Shown one piece after another: positions 29,552-39,949 of a DNA stretch of 64,000 nt. The notes under the pieces are model-generated. The model saw only the letters and a list, made by a program, of their open reading frames with translations. It had not been told where the DNA came from and made no database searches. The position numbers and the translations under genes are program-made. The DNA comes from Vulcanimicrobiota bacterium. GTDB taxonomy: Bacteria > Vulcanimicrobiota > Vulcanimicrobiia > Vulcanimicrobiales > Vulcanimicrobiaceae. The stretch spans positions 192,001 through 256,000 of the forward strand of contig CAWAXX010000017.1 in assembly GCA_963786105.1 (NCBI GenBank), read 5' to 3'. Position 1 is the first letter of the stretch. Every line of letters begins with the position of its first letter.

Positions 29552-29908
29552 CTATTCGTCCCCATAAAACGAAAGCAAATGGCCGTCGGGATCGTTGATG
29601 TTCACCGCCCACGCGCGGTCGTTGACCGGACGGGGCTCGTTCACGAATTCGAGGCCGGCGCCTCGCAGTTCGTCGTATGCGGCCCGAACGCTGGGAACGG
29701 CGAAGACGATCTCGACGGCGGTTCCGCTTTGGGGCGTTCCGCGCGCGAGATCCCCACTGAGCGCGAGGGTTACCCCACCGCAGTCGAAGAACGCAAAATC
29801 TTCAAACCGGGAGGTGAGCGGCAACTGCAGATGGTCGCGATAAAAGCCGATCGATCGATCGACGTCGCGACTCGCAAGCATGACGAATTTCAGCCCGCCA
29901 ACGTTCAT
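29552..29908 (-). CDS. VOC/glyoxalase family protein
   Basis: SIGFYRDHL...DPDGHLL; SD AGGAGG. Confidence 0.88.
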   Translation of the reverse strand: MNVGGLKFVMLASRDVDRSIGFYRDHLQLPLTSRFEDFAFFDCGGVTLALSGDLARGTPQSGTAVEIVFAVPSVRAAYDELRGAGLEFVNEPRPVNDRAWAVNINDPDGHLLSFYGDE

Positions 29909-29925
29909 GGAACCCGCCTCCTAAA

Positions 29926-29946
29926 ATATAGTTAGCCTAACTAAAT
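29926..29946. promoter_or_regulatory. Palindromic operator, probably bound by the adjacent MarR regulator
   Basis: TAGTTAG-C-CTAACTA perfect inverted repeat in an AT-rich island. Confidence 0.7.
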
Positions 29947-29951
29947 ATATA

Positions 29952-30413
29952 CTAACCAAAAGGCGGGTTTGTCAAGCCTTCGATCAGGCGGGCGGCGCGA
30001 TCCAGCGCCGCCAGTTCTTCCCCGTCGCAGGATTGGAGCAAGTTCGCCAGGGCCGTCAATCGGCGTTTGCGAGCCGCGACAAATGCCGCCCGCCCGCGAC
30101 CGGTCGCGACGACGCGAACGACGCGCGCGTCTCGTGGATCGTTCCTGCGCGCGACGAGGCCCTCGCGCACTAGTCCGTCGATCAAGCGCGTCATCGTCGG
30201 CGGCTTGACTTGTTCGGCGCGAGCTAGATCGGTGATCGTCCGGTCGCCGAATGCGAGGACGGACAGAACCGAGAGGCGCGGCGCGGTCATGCCGCCCTCT
30301 GCGTCGGAACTGCGAACGGCGCGCAAGAGGTGAATGGCCGCCGAGTGGAGGCGGTCCGCGACCGTTGCGCGGTTTGGCGATGCCGGATGAGCGGGGCGAG
30401 TTTTGCTTGGCAT
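29952..30413 (-). CDS. MarR family transcriptional regulator
   Basis: TITDLARAEQVKPPTMTRLIDGL...DPRDAR...TGRG. Confidence 0.92.
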   Translation of the reverse strand: MPSKTRPAHPASPNRATVADRLHSAAIHLLRAVRSSDAEGGMTAPRLSVLSVLAFGDRTITDLARAEQVKPPTMTRLIDGLVREGLVARRNDPRDARVVRVVATGRGRAAFVAARKRRLTALANLLQSCDGEELAALDRAARLIEGLTNPPFG

Positions 30414-30420
30414 GGTCGGG

Positions 30421-31236
30421 TCAGCGTCCGATGAGCGATTCGAAGTGGTTGTTGTCGATGACGTACGTCCAGGCGCTGGACGTAACGCGCAGCGAACCCG
30501 AGTAGGGCGCGCTGAACTCGACGACCACGCCAAAGAGTAAACCGATGCACGCGGCGACGAGTGCCGTCATCGTGAGCTGCAGCATCAGGTCTGCGACGCC
30601 GAAAAGGAAGACGAAGCCAAAGACGATCAAGGCACCGATGATGAGCGCGAGCGCGAGCGGTGGTGCCAGGCCTTTGTCACTCTGTAAGAGTCGCAGCCGC
30701 CGGTTGTCGGCAATGTCTCGTAAACTTGCCGCGACCTGTTGACGAGTGGTTTCGCGGTTGAGCGCTTCGTCGATCGACGCACTGTCGCTTGGGACCGGCT
30801 CGCCAAGTGCCTGAACCGCTTGGATGAAGAACGCTCGAGCTTGCGGATCCTCTCGTGCGTGGCGCATCGCCTCCCACTCGCGATCGCGCACTTCGATGGC
30901 GTACGCGGCTAGGGCTTTTCGCATATCGGTGCGCCGTGGCTCGGGCAGCATCTCCGCAAATCCGAAGGCATCGCCGACGTCGCCCGCTTCGATGTCGGCA
31001 ATCTGTTGCGCCGAGTCGAAGGCCGACCAGCTCGTCACCACGACGAATCCGAGAACGACGGCATACAGCACGCCGACGATCGCCACCAAAAAGCCGGCGA
31101 CGTCGTGGTGCGCGATGAGGCGCTCGTGTGGAACGATGCGCCGGAAGAGCGCGTGCGCGCCCGCCGCGGCGGCGGCGGGAACGGCCACGAACAATAGGAG
31201 CGTTAGGATCGCCGGACCTGATGGAAGCCAGTGCAT
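30421..31236 (-). CDS. DUF4239 (bestrophin-like) membrane protein
   Basis: HHDVAG, GVLYAVVLGF, V..REW..M, PYSGSLRV; paralog of 56600-57391. Confidence 0.8.
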   Translation of the reverse strand: MHWLPSGPAILTLLLFVAVPAAAAAGAHALFRRIVPHERLIAHHDVAGFLVAIVGVLYAVVLGFVVVTSWSAFDSAQQIADIEAGDVGDAFGFAEMLPEPRRTDMRKALAAYAIEVRDREWEAMRHAREDPQARAFFIQAVQALGEPVPSDSASIDEALNRETTRQQVAASLRDIADNRRLRLLQSDKGLAPPLALALIIGALIVFGFVFLFGVADLMLQLTMTALVAACIGLLFGVVVEFSAPYSGSLRVTSSAWTYVIDNNHFESLIGR

Positions 31237-31292
31237 ACCCAAGATTTAGCAAGCAGGCCCCGAAAAGCATGCACGATAAGTTCCCGAAATCT

Positions 31293-33641
31293 ATGACCGA
31301 AATCCAATCCGGACGGCAAATCCTGCCGATCCCCGACCGCCGGCACGTTGGCGTGACGACGTACGATGCGAAAGATCCCGACACCGCGTTCCCGCCGATC
31401 GAGCCGTTGCGCCCGCCGAAAGGCGCGCCGAACGTTTTGATCGTGCTCCTCGACGACACGGGATTCGGCGCGTCGAGCGCGTTCGGCGGCCCGGTGCACA
31501 CGCCGGCCGCCGAACGCCTGGCGAAGGGCGGCTTGAAGTATAATCGTTTTCATACGACGGCGCTGTGTTCTCCGACGCGCCAAGCGTTGCTCACGGGCCG
31601 CAACCATCATTCGGTCGGCATGGGCGGCATCACGGAAATCGCGACGTCTGCGCCCGGGTACAGTTCGGTGCGGCCGAAAACGGCGGCGCCGCTTGCGGAA
31701 ACGCTCAAACTCAACGGATACTCGACCGCACAGTTCGGAAAGTGTCACGAAGTGCCGGTTTGGGAGACCAGCCCGATGGGCCCGTTTACCCAGTGGCCGA
31801 CCGGCAGCGGCTTCGAGCATTTTTACGGCTTCATCGGAGGCGAGACCAATCAGTGGGCTCCCGCGATTTACCGCGATACGGTGCCGGTCGAGCCGCCCGA
31901 CGATCCCAACTACCATTTTACCGTCGACATGACGGACCAAGCGATAGAATGGATCGCGCAGCAGAAAGCCCTGATGCCCGACAAGCCCTTTTTCGTCTAT
32001 TTCGCCCCCGGCGCGACCCACGCGCCGCATCACGTTCCCAAGGAGTGGGCGGACAAGTACAAAGGAAAGTTCGACAAAGGCTGGGACGTGTTGCGCGAAG
32101 AGACGTTTGCGCGACAGAAGAAACTCGGCATCGTTCCGGCGGATGCGGAGCTGACGAAGCGGCCCGCCGAGATTCCGGCGTGGGACGACGAGCCCGCCGG
32201 CATGAAACCGATTCTCGCGCGCGAGATGGAAGTCTACGCGGGGTTTCTAGAGCATACTGACTACCACGTCGGACGTTTGATCGACGGGCTCGACCGGCTC
32301 AAGCAGCTCGACAGCACGCTGATTTACTACATCATCGGCGACAACGGAGCGTCGGCCGAAGGAACGCTGAACGGCTCCTTCAACGAATTGCTCATGCTCA
32401 ACGGCGTGACGGGCGTGGAGACGCCGGAGTTCCTCAAGGAGCGGATCGACGAGTTCGGCGGTCCCACAGCCTACAACCACTACGCGGTCGGGTGGGCGCA
32501 TGCGATGGACACGCCGTATCAATGGACCAAACAGGTGGCCTCGCATTGGGGCGGCACCCGCAACGGCACGATCGTGCATTGGCCAAACGGCATCAAGGCA
32601 AAGGGTGAGATGCGATCGCAGTTTCATCACGTCATCGACGTCGCACCAACGGTTCTCGACGTCGCAGGCCTGCCGCATCCGACGTTCGTCAATGGCATCC
32701 AGCAGCAGCCGATCGAGGGTTCTTCGATGCGCTACTCCTTCGACGACGCGAAAGCCCCGGACGCACACGAAACGCAATACTTCGAGATGTTCGTCAATCG
32801 AGGAATCTATCACAAGGGTTGGACGGCGGTGACGCGCCACAGCACGCCTTGGGTGATCGCTCCGCTGCCACCGTACGACGACGACGTGTGGGAGCTCTAT
32901 GCCCCGAGCGACTGGACGCAAGCGAACAACGTCGCCCAAGGGAATCCGGAGAAGTTGCGCGATCTGCAGCGGCTGTTCCTCATCGAAGCGACGAAATACA
33001 ATGTGCTTCCGCTCGACGACCGGCGAGTGGAACGGTTCAATTCCGATCTCGCGGGGAGGCCGGAACTGATTAAGGGCAAAACTCAGCTGCTGTTTGGCGG
33101 CATGGGACGGCTTAGCGAGAACTCGGTGTTAAACCTCAAGAACAAATCGCACGCCGTGAGCGCACAACTCGTCGTTTCGAAAACGGGCGCCGGCGGGGTG
33201 ATCGTCTCGCAGGGCGGCGCGTTCGGCGGATGGGCGCTCTACGCCAAAGACGGCAAGCCGGCATACTGTTACAATTTCGCTGGCATTAAATCGTTCACGG
33301 TATATGGCGATGCGGCGATCCCCCCCGGAGAGCATCAAGTGCGCATGGAGTTCGAGTACGACGGCGGCGGTCTGGGCAAAGGCGGAACTGCCAGACTTTA
33401 CCTGGATGGGAACCAATGCGGCGAAGGGCGCGTCGAGGTTACCGTGCCGATGCTATTCTCCGCAGACGAAACCTGCGACGTCGGCGTGGATAACGGCACC
33501 TGCGTCAGTGCCGACTATCCGCATCGCGACAACGAGTTTTCCGGAAAGGTGAAGTGGGTGCAGCTCGACATCGCCGATAAGGACGAAACGCATCTCGTGA
33601 CGGTCGAGGATCTCTACCGGATTGCGATGGCGCGGCAATGA
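31293..33641 (+). CDS. Arylsulfatase (Cys-type)
   Basis: PNVLIVLLDD, CSPTRQALLTGR, GKCH, GDNG; alternative start 31269. Confidence 0.95.
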   Translation: MTEIQSGRQILPIPDRRHVGVTTYDAKDPDTAFPPIEPLRPPKGAPNVLIVLLDDTGFGASSAFGGPVHTPAAERLAKGGLKYNRFHTTALCSPTRQALLTGRNHHSVGMGGITEIATSAPGYSSVRPKTAAPLAETLKLNGYSTAQFGKCHEVPVWETSPMGPFTQWPTGSGFEHFYGFIGGETNQWAPAIYRDTVPVEPPDDPNYHFTVDMTDQAIEWIAQQKALMPDKPFFVYFAPGATHAPHHVPKEWADKYKGKFDKGWDVLREETFARQKKLGIVPADAELTKRPAEIPAWDDEPAGMKPILAREMEVYAGFLEHTDYHVGRLIDGLDRLKQLDSTLIYYIIGDNGASAEGTLNGSFNELLMLNGVTGVETPEFLKERIDEFGGPTAYNHYAVGWAHAMDTPYQWTKQVASHWGGTRNGTIVHWPNGIKAKGEMRSQFHHVIDVAPTVLDVAGLPHPTFVNGIQQQPIEGSSMRYSFDDAKAPDAHETQYFEMFVNRGIYHKGWTAVTRHSTPWVIAPLPPYDDDVWELYAPSDWTQANNVAQGNPEKLRDLQRLFLIEATKYNVLPLDDRRVERFNSDLAGRPELIKGKTQLLFGGMGRLSENSVLNLKNKSHAVSAQLVVSKTGAGGVIVSQGGAFGGWALYAKDGKPAYCYNFAGIKSFTVYGDAAIPPGEHQVRMEFEYDGGGLGKGGTARLYLDGNQCGEGRVEVTVPMLFSADETCDVGVDNGTCVSADYPHRDNEFSGKVKWVQLDIADKDETHLVTVEDLYRIAMARQ

Positions 33642-35734
33642 TTTTTGGAATACCGATCCTTTCGGCGACACGAGTGTGCGCGCTGGTCGCAGCCTTGATG
33701 GGGGCGGCCATTGCGCCGGGTCGGGCCGCGGCGCCCGTCACTCCCGAAGATCTCTTCGCTCTCACTTTTCTGAGCTCCGCGCTGATCTCGCCCGACGGGG
33801 CGCACGTGCTGGTCATGGCGTCAAAGGCGAACGGGCAGAAAAACAGCTACGACCGGACGATCGATCTGATCGACGTTTCCACGGGCGCGCTCGTCGCAAA
33901 CGTGACCGGGCGGAAAGGCGATGGCGATTATGCGTGGATGCCTGACGGCGCGAGCTTCGTTTTCGTGCGCACGATGCCGAAAGAAAAGGGACAGCTCTAC
34001 CGGTACACCTTGGCGACCAAACAGAGCGTCGAGCTCACGCACTTCAAGCAAGGCGTGTCGAGTCCGGTCGTTTCGCACGACGGTAAACGGATCGCGCTTT
34101 CGGTCAACGATCCCGATACTCCCGATAACGCCTACATCGATTTTGCAAAAGCCGGGTTCAAACCAACGGCCGATGAGAAGAAGACCGACATACATAAAAT
34201 CGACCAGCTGTTCTTTCAAGCCAACGGTCAAGGCTACACGTACCAAGATCATCCCCACATTTGGACGATCGACGCTAACGGCGGACATCCCAAGCAGCTG
34301 ACGTCCGGCAAATGGGCCGAGGCGTTCGACGCGTGGTCGCCCGACGATCGAACGATCGCCTTCGATTCGCTCCGCTACGAGACGGTTGATGCGGGCCCCA
34401 ACGACGTGTACTTCATTTCGTCCGACGGCGGAACTCCGCAAAAGATGACGTCGGCAGAGGTGGGGAACTTCGGGTTGTTCTTCAGCAGCGACGGTAGCCG
34501 CTTTTACTCGTTCCGCGGCGGCGTAAAGGATGCCGCCCAGCTCGTGGCACTGTATTCCAGCCAGACCGACGGCAGCGATGCTCGAGCGATCGTCGCCAAG
34601 AACCAAGTGTCGTGGGGCGACAGCCTGCTGGCCGATATGAAGGAAGGCGGTGGTCTCTGTGCGTCGCCGCTTCCCGGCGCCATGCAGTTGCTGCTGAATC
34701 GCGACGGCCCCGGCTACGCAAATCTCCAGATTCTCGACACCGGCACCGGATCGTTCCGCGACTTGACGGCGCCCAAGGGTGAAGCATGGTCGTGTTCGGT
34801 TTCGCGCGACGGCAAAACCGCGGCCTACCTCTACAGCGACTTCATGCATCCGGCCGACGTCTACGTGGTCGACCTTTCCAGCGGCAAGACGCGACAGCTC
34901 ACACACGTCAACGAGGCCTATCTCGCCTCGGTAGCGCTGTCGACGCCTCAGGAGTTTTCGGTAAAGGATCCATCCGGATTTACCGTGCAGGCCTGGTTCA
35001 TGCCGGCGACGGGAGGGAAACCTGCGGCCAAACGTGCGACGATACTGAACATCCACGGCGGACCGGAGACGCAGTTCGGCGAGACGTACTTCATGGAGTT
35101 TCAATACTACGCGTCGCTCGGCTACAACGTCGTGTTTTGCGATCCCGCGGGAAGCACCGGGCACGGCTATGCGTTTGAAGAGGCGTTGGAGAGCAACTAC
35201 GGCGATGCGATGTTTGCGGACGTTCAAGCGGTGATGGATGCGGCCGTGCAGCGGCCGGACGTCGATGCGTCCCGCCTTGGCGTGATGGGCGGCTCGTACG
35301 GCGGCTACGCGACGCTCTGGGTGATCGCGCACACCGACCGCTACAAAGCGGCGGTAGCGGAGCGCGCCGTAAGCTTCATGCAAAGCGAGAACCTGGCCGC
35401 AGACTTCGCGGCAAAGAACGGTTTGGGCGGGGGATACTACACTTGGGGGCCGCCGTGGGACCCCGCGAGCTCCCTCTACGCGAAGTTTTCGCCGCTAACG
35501 TACGTCGCGAACGTTCGTACGCCGCTGCTGATCCTTCATGCTGATTTCGACACCCGCGCGCCGATCGACCAAACGCTCCAAGAATTTACGGCGCTGAAGA
35601 TCCTGGGTCAAACCGTCGAATACGTCGCGGTTCCCAATGAGAACCACGACCTATCGCGTACCGGAGCACCGATTCATCGCGTCGAGCGCCTGCACGTCAT
35701 CGCCGACTGGATGAACAAGTACCTAAACCCGTAG
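33638..35734 (+). CDS. Secreted S9 family peptidase
   Basis: PD40-like propeller repeats, IHGGP, GGSYGG, DTRAP, ENHDL. Confidence 0.93.
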   Translation: MIFGIPILSATRVCALVAALMGAAIAPGRAAAPVTPEDLFALTFLSSALISPDGAHVLVMASKANGQKNSYDRTIDLIDVSTGALVANVTGRKGDGDYAWMPDGASFVFVRTMPKEKGQLYRYTLATKQSVELTHFKQGVSSPVVSHDGKRIALSVNDPDTPDNAYIDFAKAGFKPTADEKKTDIHKIDQLFFQANGQGYTYQDHPHIWTIDANGGHPKQLTSGKWAEAFDAWSPDDRTIAFDSLRYETVDAGPNDVYFISSDGGTPQKMTSAEVGNFGLFFSSDGSRFYSFRGGVKDAAQLVALYSSQTDGSDARAIVAKNQVSWGDSLLADMKEGGGLCASPLPGAMQLLLNRDGPGYANLQILDTGTGSFRDLTAPKGEAWSCSVSRDGKTAAYLYSDFMHPADVYVVDLSSGKTRQLTHVNEAYLASVALSTPQEFSVKDPSGFTVQAWFMPATGGKPAAKRATILNIHGGPETQFGETYFMEFQYYASLGYNVVFCDPAGSTGHGYAFEEALESNYGDAMFADVQAVMDAAVQRPDVDASRLGVMGGSYGGYATLWVIAHTDRYKAAVAERAVSFMQSENLAADFAAKNGLGGGYYTWGPPWDPASSLYAKFSPLTYVANVRTPLLILHADFDTRAPIDQTLQEFTALKILGQTVEYVAVPNENHDLSRTGAPIHRVERLHVIADWMNKYLNP

Positions 35735-35747
35735 AAAAGTAGGACGC

Positions 35748-37385
35748 GTGATCGGGAAGGACGACCTTCGTTCAATCGTCGCATTCGCGGAAATCGACGA
35801 CGGAGAACTTGCGCGGGTAGCGTCGCGCTGCGCCGACGTGCGCCTCGATGCGGGGGAGTGGCTTTTCCGGGAAGGCGAATCGGCGCGATTTTACGCGGTT
35901 GTGTCCGGCGAGTTGGAGGTCAGTAAGCGTATCGGTGGCCTCAACGCCGTGCTGATCAAATACTTGCCGGGCGATTCGTTTGGAGAAGTGCCGTTGTTGC
36001 TCGGTTCGCCGGCGATCTCGAGCGTGCAGGCGACCATGCCGTCGCGCGTCGCCGCACTCGAGACGACCGAGTTTTGGCGTTTGATGCACGCCCACGATAA
36101 CTTGGCGAAAATCGTTGCCGCCAACATGGCACTGCGCATCTCGGTTCTGCGATCGACCGAACTGAAAGCGCCGGCGGCGCGCTGTACGATCGTCGGGGCG
36201 GCAAACTCGCCGGAATGTTACCGATTGCGCGACTTCTTGACGCGGCTGCGTATCCCGTACGATTGGGAGGTATGTGAGGGGGACGACTGCCGGGTGACGT
36301 TCTCGGGCAGTCGCGAACTGATATCGCCCACGATTCGGCAAGTGGCCGAAGCGCTCGGTCTCCAGACGACTCCGCGCGACCACTGTTACGATGTCGCGGT
36401 CGTCGGAGCCGGGCCGGCAGGTTTGGCCGCCGCCCTTTACGGCGCGTCGGAAGGCCTGAGTACGGTTCTATTAGAGCGTGAGGCGCCCGGCGGGCAAGCC
36501 GGCACCTCGTCGAGGATCGAAAACTACCTCGGTTTTCCGGGAGGAATATCTGGCGACGACCTGGCCGATCGCGCGTTCGCGCAAGTACAGCGATTGGGAG
36601 CTGACGTGGTCGTGACGCGCCAGGCGAACCGAATCGAAGGCGGCGATTTCGCTCGCCGAATCGTCCTCGACGACGGCGAGGTCGTGGCGTGCCGGTGCAT
36701 CGTGATAGCGACCGGAGCATCGTATCGACGGCTGCCGGCGCGCGGATGCGACGATTATCTCAACCGAGGCGTCTACTACGGCGCCGCGCAGTCGGAAGCC
36801 CGGCGAGTGGGAGGCCAGCGCATTCATCTGATCGGCGGTGGAAACTCGGCCGGTCAGGCCGCGATGTTCTTCTCGTATTATGCGGAACACCTGGACATCG
36901 TCATCCGAGGCAACGATTTAACGAAGTCGATGTCGAAATATTTGATCGACGAGCTCGCGTCGCGGTCGAACGTATCGGTCGTTACGAACACCGAAGTCGA
37001 AGCCGTCGAAGGCAGTGATGAAGTCGAAACGGTGATTTTGCGCGACGCCAATAGTGGGAAGACGCGACGCGAATCGACGCACGCGGTATTCGTGTTCATC
37101 GGGGCCGAAGCGCAGACCGAGTGGCTCACCGACTTCGTCGCGACGGATCGCCGTGGGTACGTACTCACCGGCCGGGAGGCGGCCAAGGCTGGGTCGGCCT
37201 GGCCGTTGCTCGCGCGCGAGCCGTTCTTGCTTGAAACCAATCGACCCGGTGTCTTTGCCGCCGGCGACGTGCGCAGCGGTTCCGTAAAGCGCGTCACCGC
37301 AGGCGTCGGTGAAGGGTCGACGGCGATCGCTATGGTGCATCAAGCTCTCGCCGAAGACGCGTCCCGAGCCGCCGCGGCGTTGTGA
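35748..37385 (+). CDS. cNMP-binding domain fused to thioredoxin reductase-like FAD oxidoreductase
   Basis: SFGEVPLL cNMP fold; GAGPAG, GGQAGTSSRIENYLGFP, GGGNSAGQ, FAAGDVR. Confidence 0.9.
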   Translation: MIGKDDLRSIVAFAEIDDGELARVASRCADVRLDAGEWLFREGESARFYAVVSGELEVSKRIGGLNAVLIKYLPGDSFGEVPLLLGSPAISSVQATMPSRVAALETTEFWRLMHAHDNLAKIVAANMALRISVLRSTELKAPAARCTIVGAANSPECYRLRDFLTRLRIPYDWEVCEGDDCRVTFSGSRELISPTIRQVAEALGLQTTPRDHCYDVAVVGAGPAGLAAALYGASEGLSTVLLEREAPGGQAGTSSRIENYLGFPGGISGDDLADRAFAQVQRLGADVVVTRQANRIEGGDFARRIVLDDGEVVACRCIVIATGASYRRLPARGCDDYLNRGVYYGAAQSEARRVGGQRIHLIGGGNSAGQAAMFFSYYAEHLDIVIRGNDLTKSMSKYLIDELASRSNVSVVTNTEVEAVEGSDEVETVILRDANSGKTRRESTHAVFVFIGAEAQTEWLTDFVATDRRGYVLTGREAAKAGSAWPLLAREPFLLETNRPGVFAAGDVRSGSVKRVTAGVGEGSTAIAMVHQALAEDASRAAAAL

Positions 37386-37406
37386 AGTTGCCGGCGTGGA
37401 GCTCCG

Positions 37407-37604
37407 CTACACGATGTCTTCGGGTGTCCCGTGGTGGACGTCCCACTGATCTTCCCGATTCTCGTCAAGGCTGCTTTCACCATACTTTTCCTGTTCCCGA
37501 TGAACCGCCTCGGAAGGGTCGATTGGAAGCTCGTCTTTAGAAGCCACGTCGGGTGAAATATCTTGGCTCGAGTCGTCTTCGTAGGGGAGGTGTCCGTCTC
37601 TCAT
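37407..37604 (-). CDS. Small acidic hypothetical protein (65 aa)
   Basis: ATG 37604; Asp/Glu-rich; fills the intergenic gap. Confidence 0.55.
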   Translation of the reverse strand: MRDGHLPYEDDSSQDISPDVASKDELPIDPSEAVHREQEKYGESSLDENREDQWDVHHGTPEDIV

Positions 37605-37767
37605 GACGTCGGAATTTCTCGAAAAGACTTCATAACCCGCTCCGCTTTTACCGGTCGCCCGATCCCGACGCAAGCGCGGCCCCGGAGCCACGGCGGCATG
37701 CCGCAGAAGCGCCGCACGGCCTGCGGAAAATGAAGGTTGTGGTTATTCGGGCAACGGACATGAAGGC

Positions 37768-38706
37768 GTGAGCACTATTTTCGTATCGACGTGGGACGAC
37801 GGAGTATTCGTTGTCGCTGGAAAAACGGTCAGGCAAGAACTTGCCGATCGATCGGTTCGCAGTCTGGCGTCCGACCACCATGGAAGAGTGCTCGCAGTTG
37901 TTGGCCGGCATTCGCTGCGTCGACGGTCGCGTGACGGCGAATGGACCGAGATTGCAAAGAGTGATTTCGAGCTTTCATGCTGTCTACCAGTTGGGAACGC
38001 CGTCTTCGTCGGAACCGACGATGCACAAATGCTGCGCGTCGATCCCAACGGTGCGCAGCAACTCCTGGCGGGTTTTGACGCCGTAGAAGGCCGCGACACG
38101 TGGTACGCAGGAACGGCGATCGTCGACGGCAAGGTGGTGGGGCCGCCGCTTGGAATTCGTTCAGTGGCGGCGACGTGCGACGGGGCCGTGCTTCTGGCGA
38201 ACGTCCATGTCGGCGGAATTCCGCGATCCACCGATTCCGGTCTAACCTGGCAGCCCACTATCGACATCGAGAGCGACGTCCATCAGGTCTGCGCACATCC
38301 GTCACGGCCCAACATCGTGATAGCGGCCGCGGCGAAGGGTCTTTGCATGAGTCGCGATGCCGGAACGACGTGGACCGTCGAACAACGTGGACTGCACGCG
38401 CATCATTGCTCCGCAGTCGCTTTCGGGCGAAACGACATGTTCGTGTCGGCATCCACCGACCCGTTTGCGGCGCAAGGCGCCGTCTATCGACGCCGGGTCG
38501 ACGGCAACGGGACGCTGCAGCCTTTGGGTGGAGGTATGCCAAAGTGGACCGACGGCAAAGTCGATACCGATTGCATCGCGGCTCGAGACTCGATGGTCGC
38601 GGTGATCGACTGGTCGGGACGTCTCTACGTGTCGAGTGACGATGGTGCCGCTTGGTCGCGTTCATTCGATTGCCCAACCGCTCCCAGCGGGCTCGCTATC
38701 GGTTGA
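37768..38706 (+). CDS. BNR/Asp-box beta-propeller protein
   Basis: RSTDSGLTW, SRDAGTTW, SSDDGAAW. Confidence 0.8.
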   Translation: MSTIFVSTWDDGVFVVAGKTVRQELADRSVRSLASDHHGRVLAVVGRHSLRRRSRDGEWTEIAKSDFELSCCLPVGNAVFVGTDDAQMLRVDPNGAQQLLAGFDAVEGRDTWYAGTAIVDGKVVGPPLGIRSVAATCDGAVLLANVHVGGIPRSTDSGLTWQPTIDIESDVHQVCAHPSRPNIVIAAAAKGLCMSRDAGTTWTVEQRGLHAHHCSAVAFGRNDMFVSASTDPFAAQGAVYRRRVDGNGTLQPLGGGMPKWTDGKVDTDCIAARDSMVAVIDWSGRLYVSSDDGAAWSRSFDCPTAPSGLAIG

Positions 38707-38889
38707 TTTCGCCACGTTGCCTCAGGCCCGACAAAACGCAGGCAGCTGGAGCGTCGCTGCCGCTCCGAACTGCCTCGTCCGTTCTAGGCTCGTGCGTCGA
38801 GCCAACTTCCATGAAACTCGAGAGTTACTTCGCCGTCCGATTAGAGCACGTGAATCTTAGAATTCGCCGCAACCAGAACGTTTGGAAGC

Positions 38890-39732
38890 TCACGGAACAA
38901 GCGTCCGTGGCGGATCGAGGTATTGAATGCCGGCTTTTTGCAGGATCGCCTTGCCTTCGCCGGTTAGGACGAACCGTTCGAAAGCGTTCGCCTGCGCCGC
39001 GTGCGGCGCGGAGCGCATCACGGCAAGCGTATACGTGATCCGGTCGCTCACTGCCGCCGCCCCGGGGAGCGCGACGAAATGCAGACCTCTGGCGACGGCT
39101 TCGGTTTTGTAGAAGAAGCCAACATCGGCTTGTCCCGTATCGATGCGTGCGAGCAAGTCTTCTTCAGGAAATATCTGCGCGCTGTTTTCGGCCGGCCCGA
39201 GGAGTCGTGCCTCACCGTCTGCTCCGGCGAGTATCGTCATCGCCTCCACGGTGTAGACGCCTTTGGGATCGAGCTGCGGATCGGTTCGCCCGATGGCGAT
39301 CCCGGGCGTGGAAAGGGCGTCGAGAACCGAGACATTGCCCGACGCGACCTTCGCGAAAAGCGCGGCATCCTTGGACTTGTCCGACCAGCCAATTCCGAGG
39401 CTCGTCGAGGCGAAGGTCGTCGCGCGCGAAACCTTGGAGCCTAGTCCGGTTACAAGCGTTGGATCGACGCTGATGAAGACGTCGGGGTTCTTGAGGCCCG
39501 AAGAAATCAGATTGGCAAGCATTTTGCTCCCCGCGCCCTGACCCTGAAACTCGACCCCCTGCGAGGCGAGAGCCGTTTTGATTGGTCCCTCCATCGGCGT
39601 GACGAGCGATCCCGCGTAGAGCACGGAGACCACGCCCAGCGTATCCGCGATCGCGGTCGAGTTCGTCAAAAGCATCGCCGCCGACAACGCGAAGACCCGA
39701 AGAATGGCGTTTCCCGTCGAAACGCTCCTCAC
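38890..39732 (-). CDS. Molybdate/tungstate-binding protein (ModA/WtpA-like)
   Basis: YAGSL, GS..LA, DVFISVD, GRTDPQLDPKG; coupled to TOBE gene. Confidence 0.8.
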   Translation of the reverse strand: MRSVSTGNAILRVFALSAAMLLTNSTAIADTLGVVSVLYAGSLVTPMEGPIKTALASQGVEFQGQGAGSKMLANLISSGLKNPDVFISVDPTLVTGLGSKVSRATTFASTSLGIGWSDKSKDAALFAKVASGNVSVLDALSTPGIAIGRTDPQLDPKGVYTVEAMTILAGADGEARLLGPAENSAQIFPEEDLLARIDTGQADVGFFYKTEAVARGLHFVALPGAAAVSDRITYTLAVMRSAPHAAQANAFERFVLTGEGKAILQKAGIQYLDPPRTLVP

Positions 39733-39932
39733 TTTCCAAGCATGACTTCAGTGGCTTTAATAATTACGGTAACCTCATCGCCGGCCGCGATTCCGAGACG
39801 CCGTACCGACGAAGCGGTTATCGCCGACGTGATCGTGGACGAACTTACCGCTACCTCCACCTCGGCCATAACCGCGCCCACCGACACCGACGTCACGCGG
39901 CCTCGAATTTGATTGCGCGCACTAAGTTCCAT
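39729..39932 (-). CDS. TOBE/Mop molybdate-binding protein (molbindin)
   Basis: MELSARNQIRG...SAIT..S..RLG...IIKATEV. Confidence 0.92.
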   Translation of the reverse strand: MELSARNQIRGRVTSVSVGAVMAEVEVAVSSSTITSAITASSVRRLGIAAGDEVTVIIKATEVMLGK

Positions 39933-39949
39933 GGCATCCCTTTCATAAT

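Noticed and set aside
31293..33641. Sulfatase without a formylglycine-generating enzyme as a novel maturation route
   Set aside because: Maturation genes are often unlinked; absence from this window is uninformative.
38707..38889. Small ORF or sRNA between convergent genes
   Set aside because: Only a short motif-less ORF and no convincing structure; cannot be supported.
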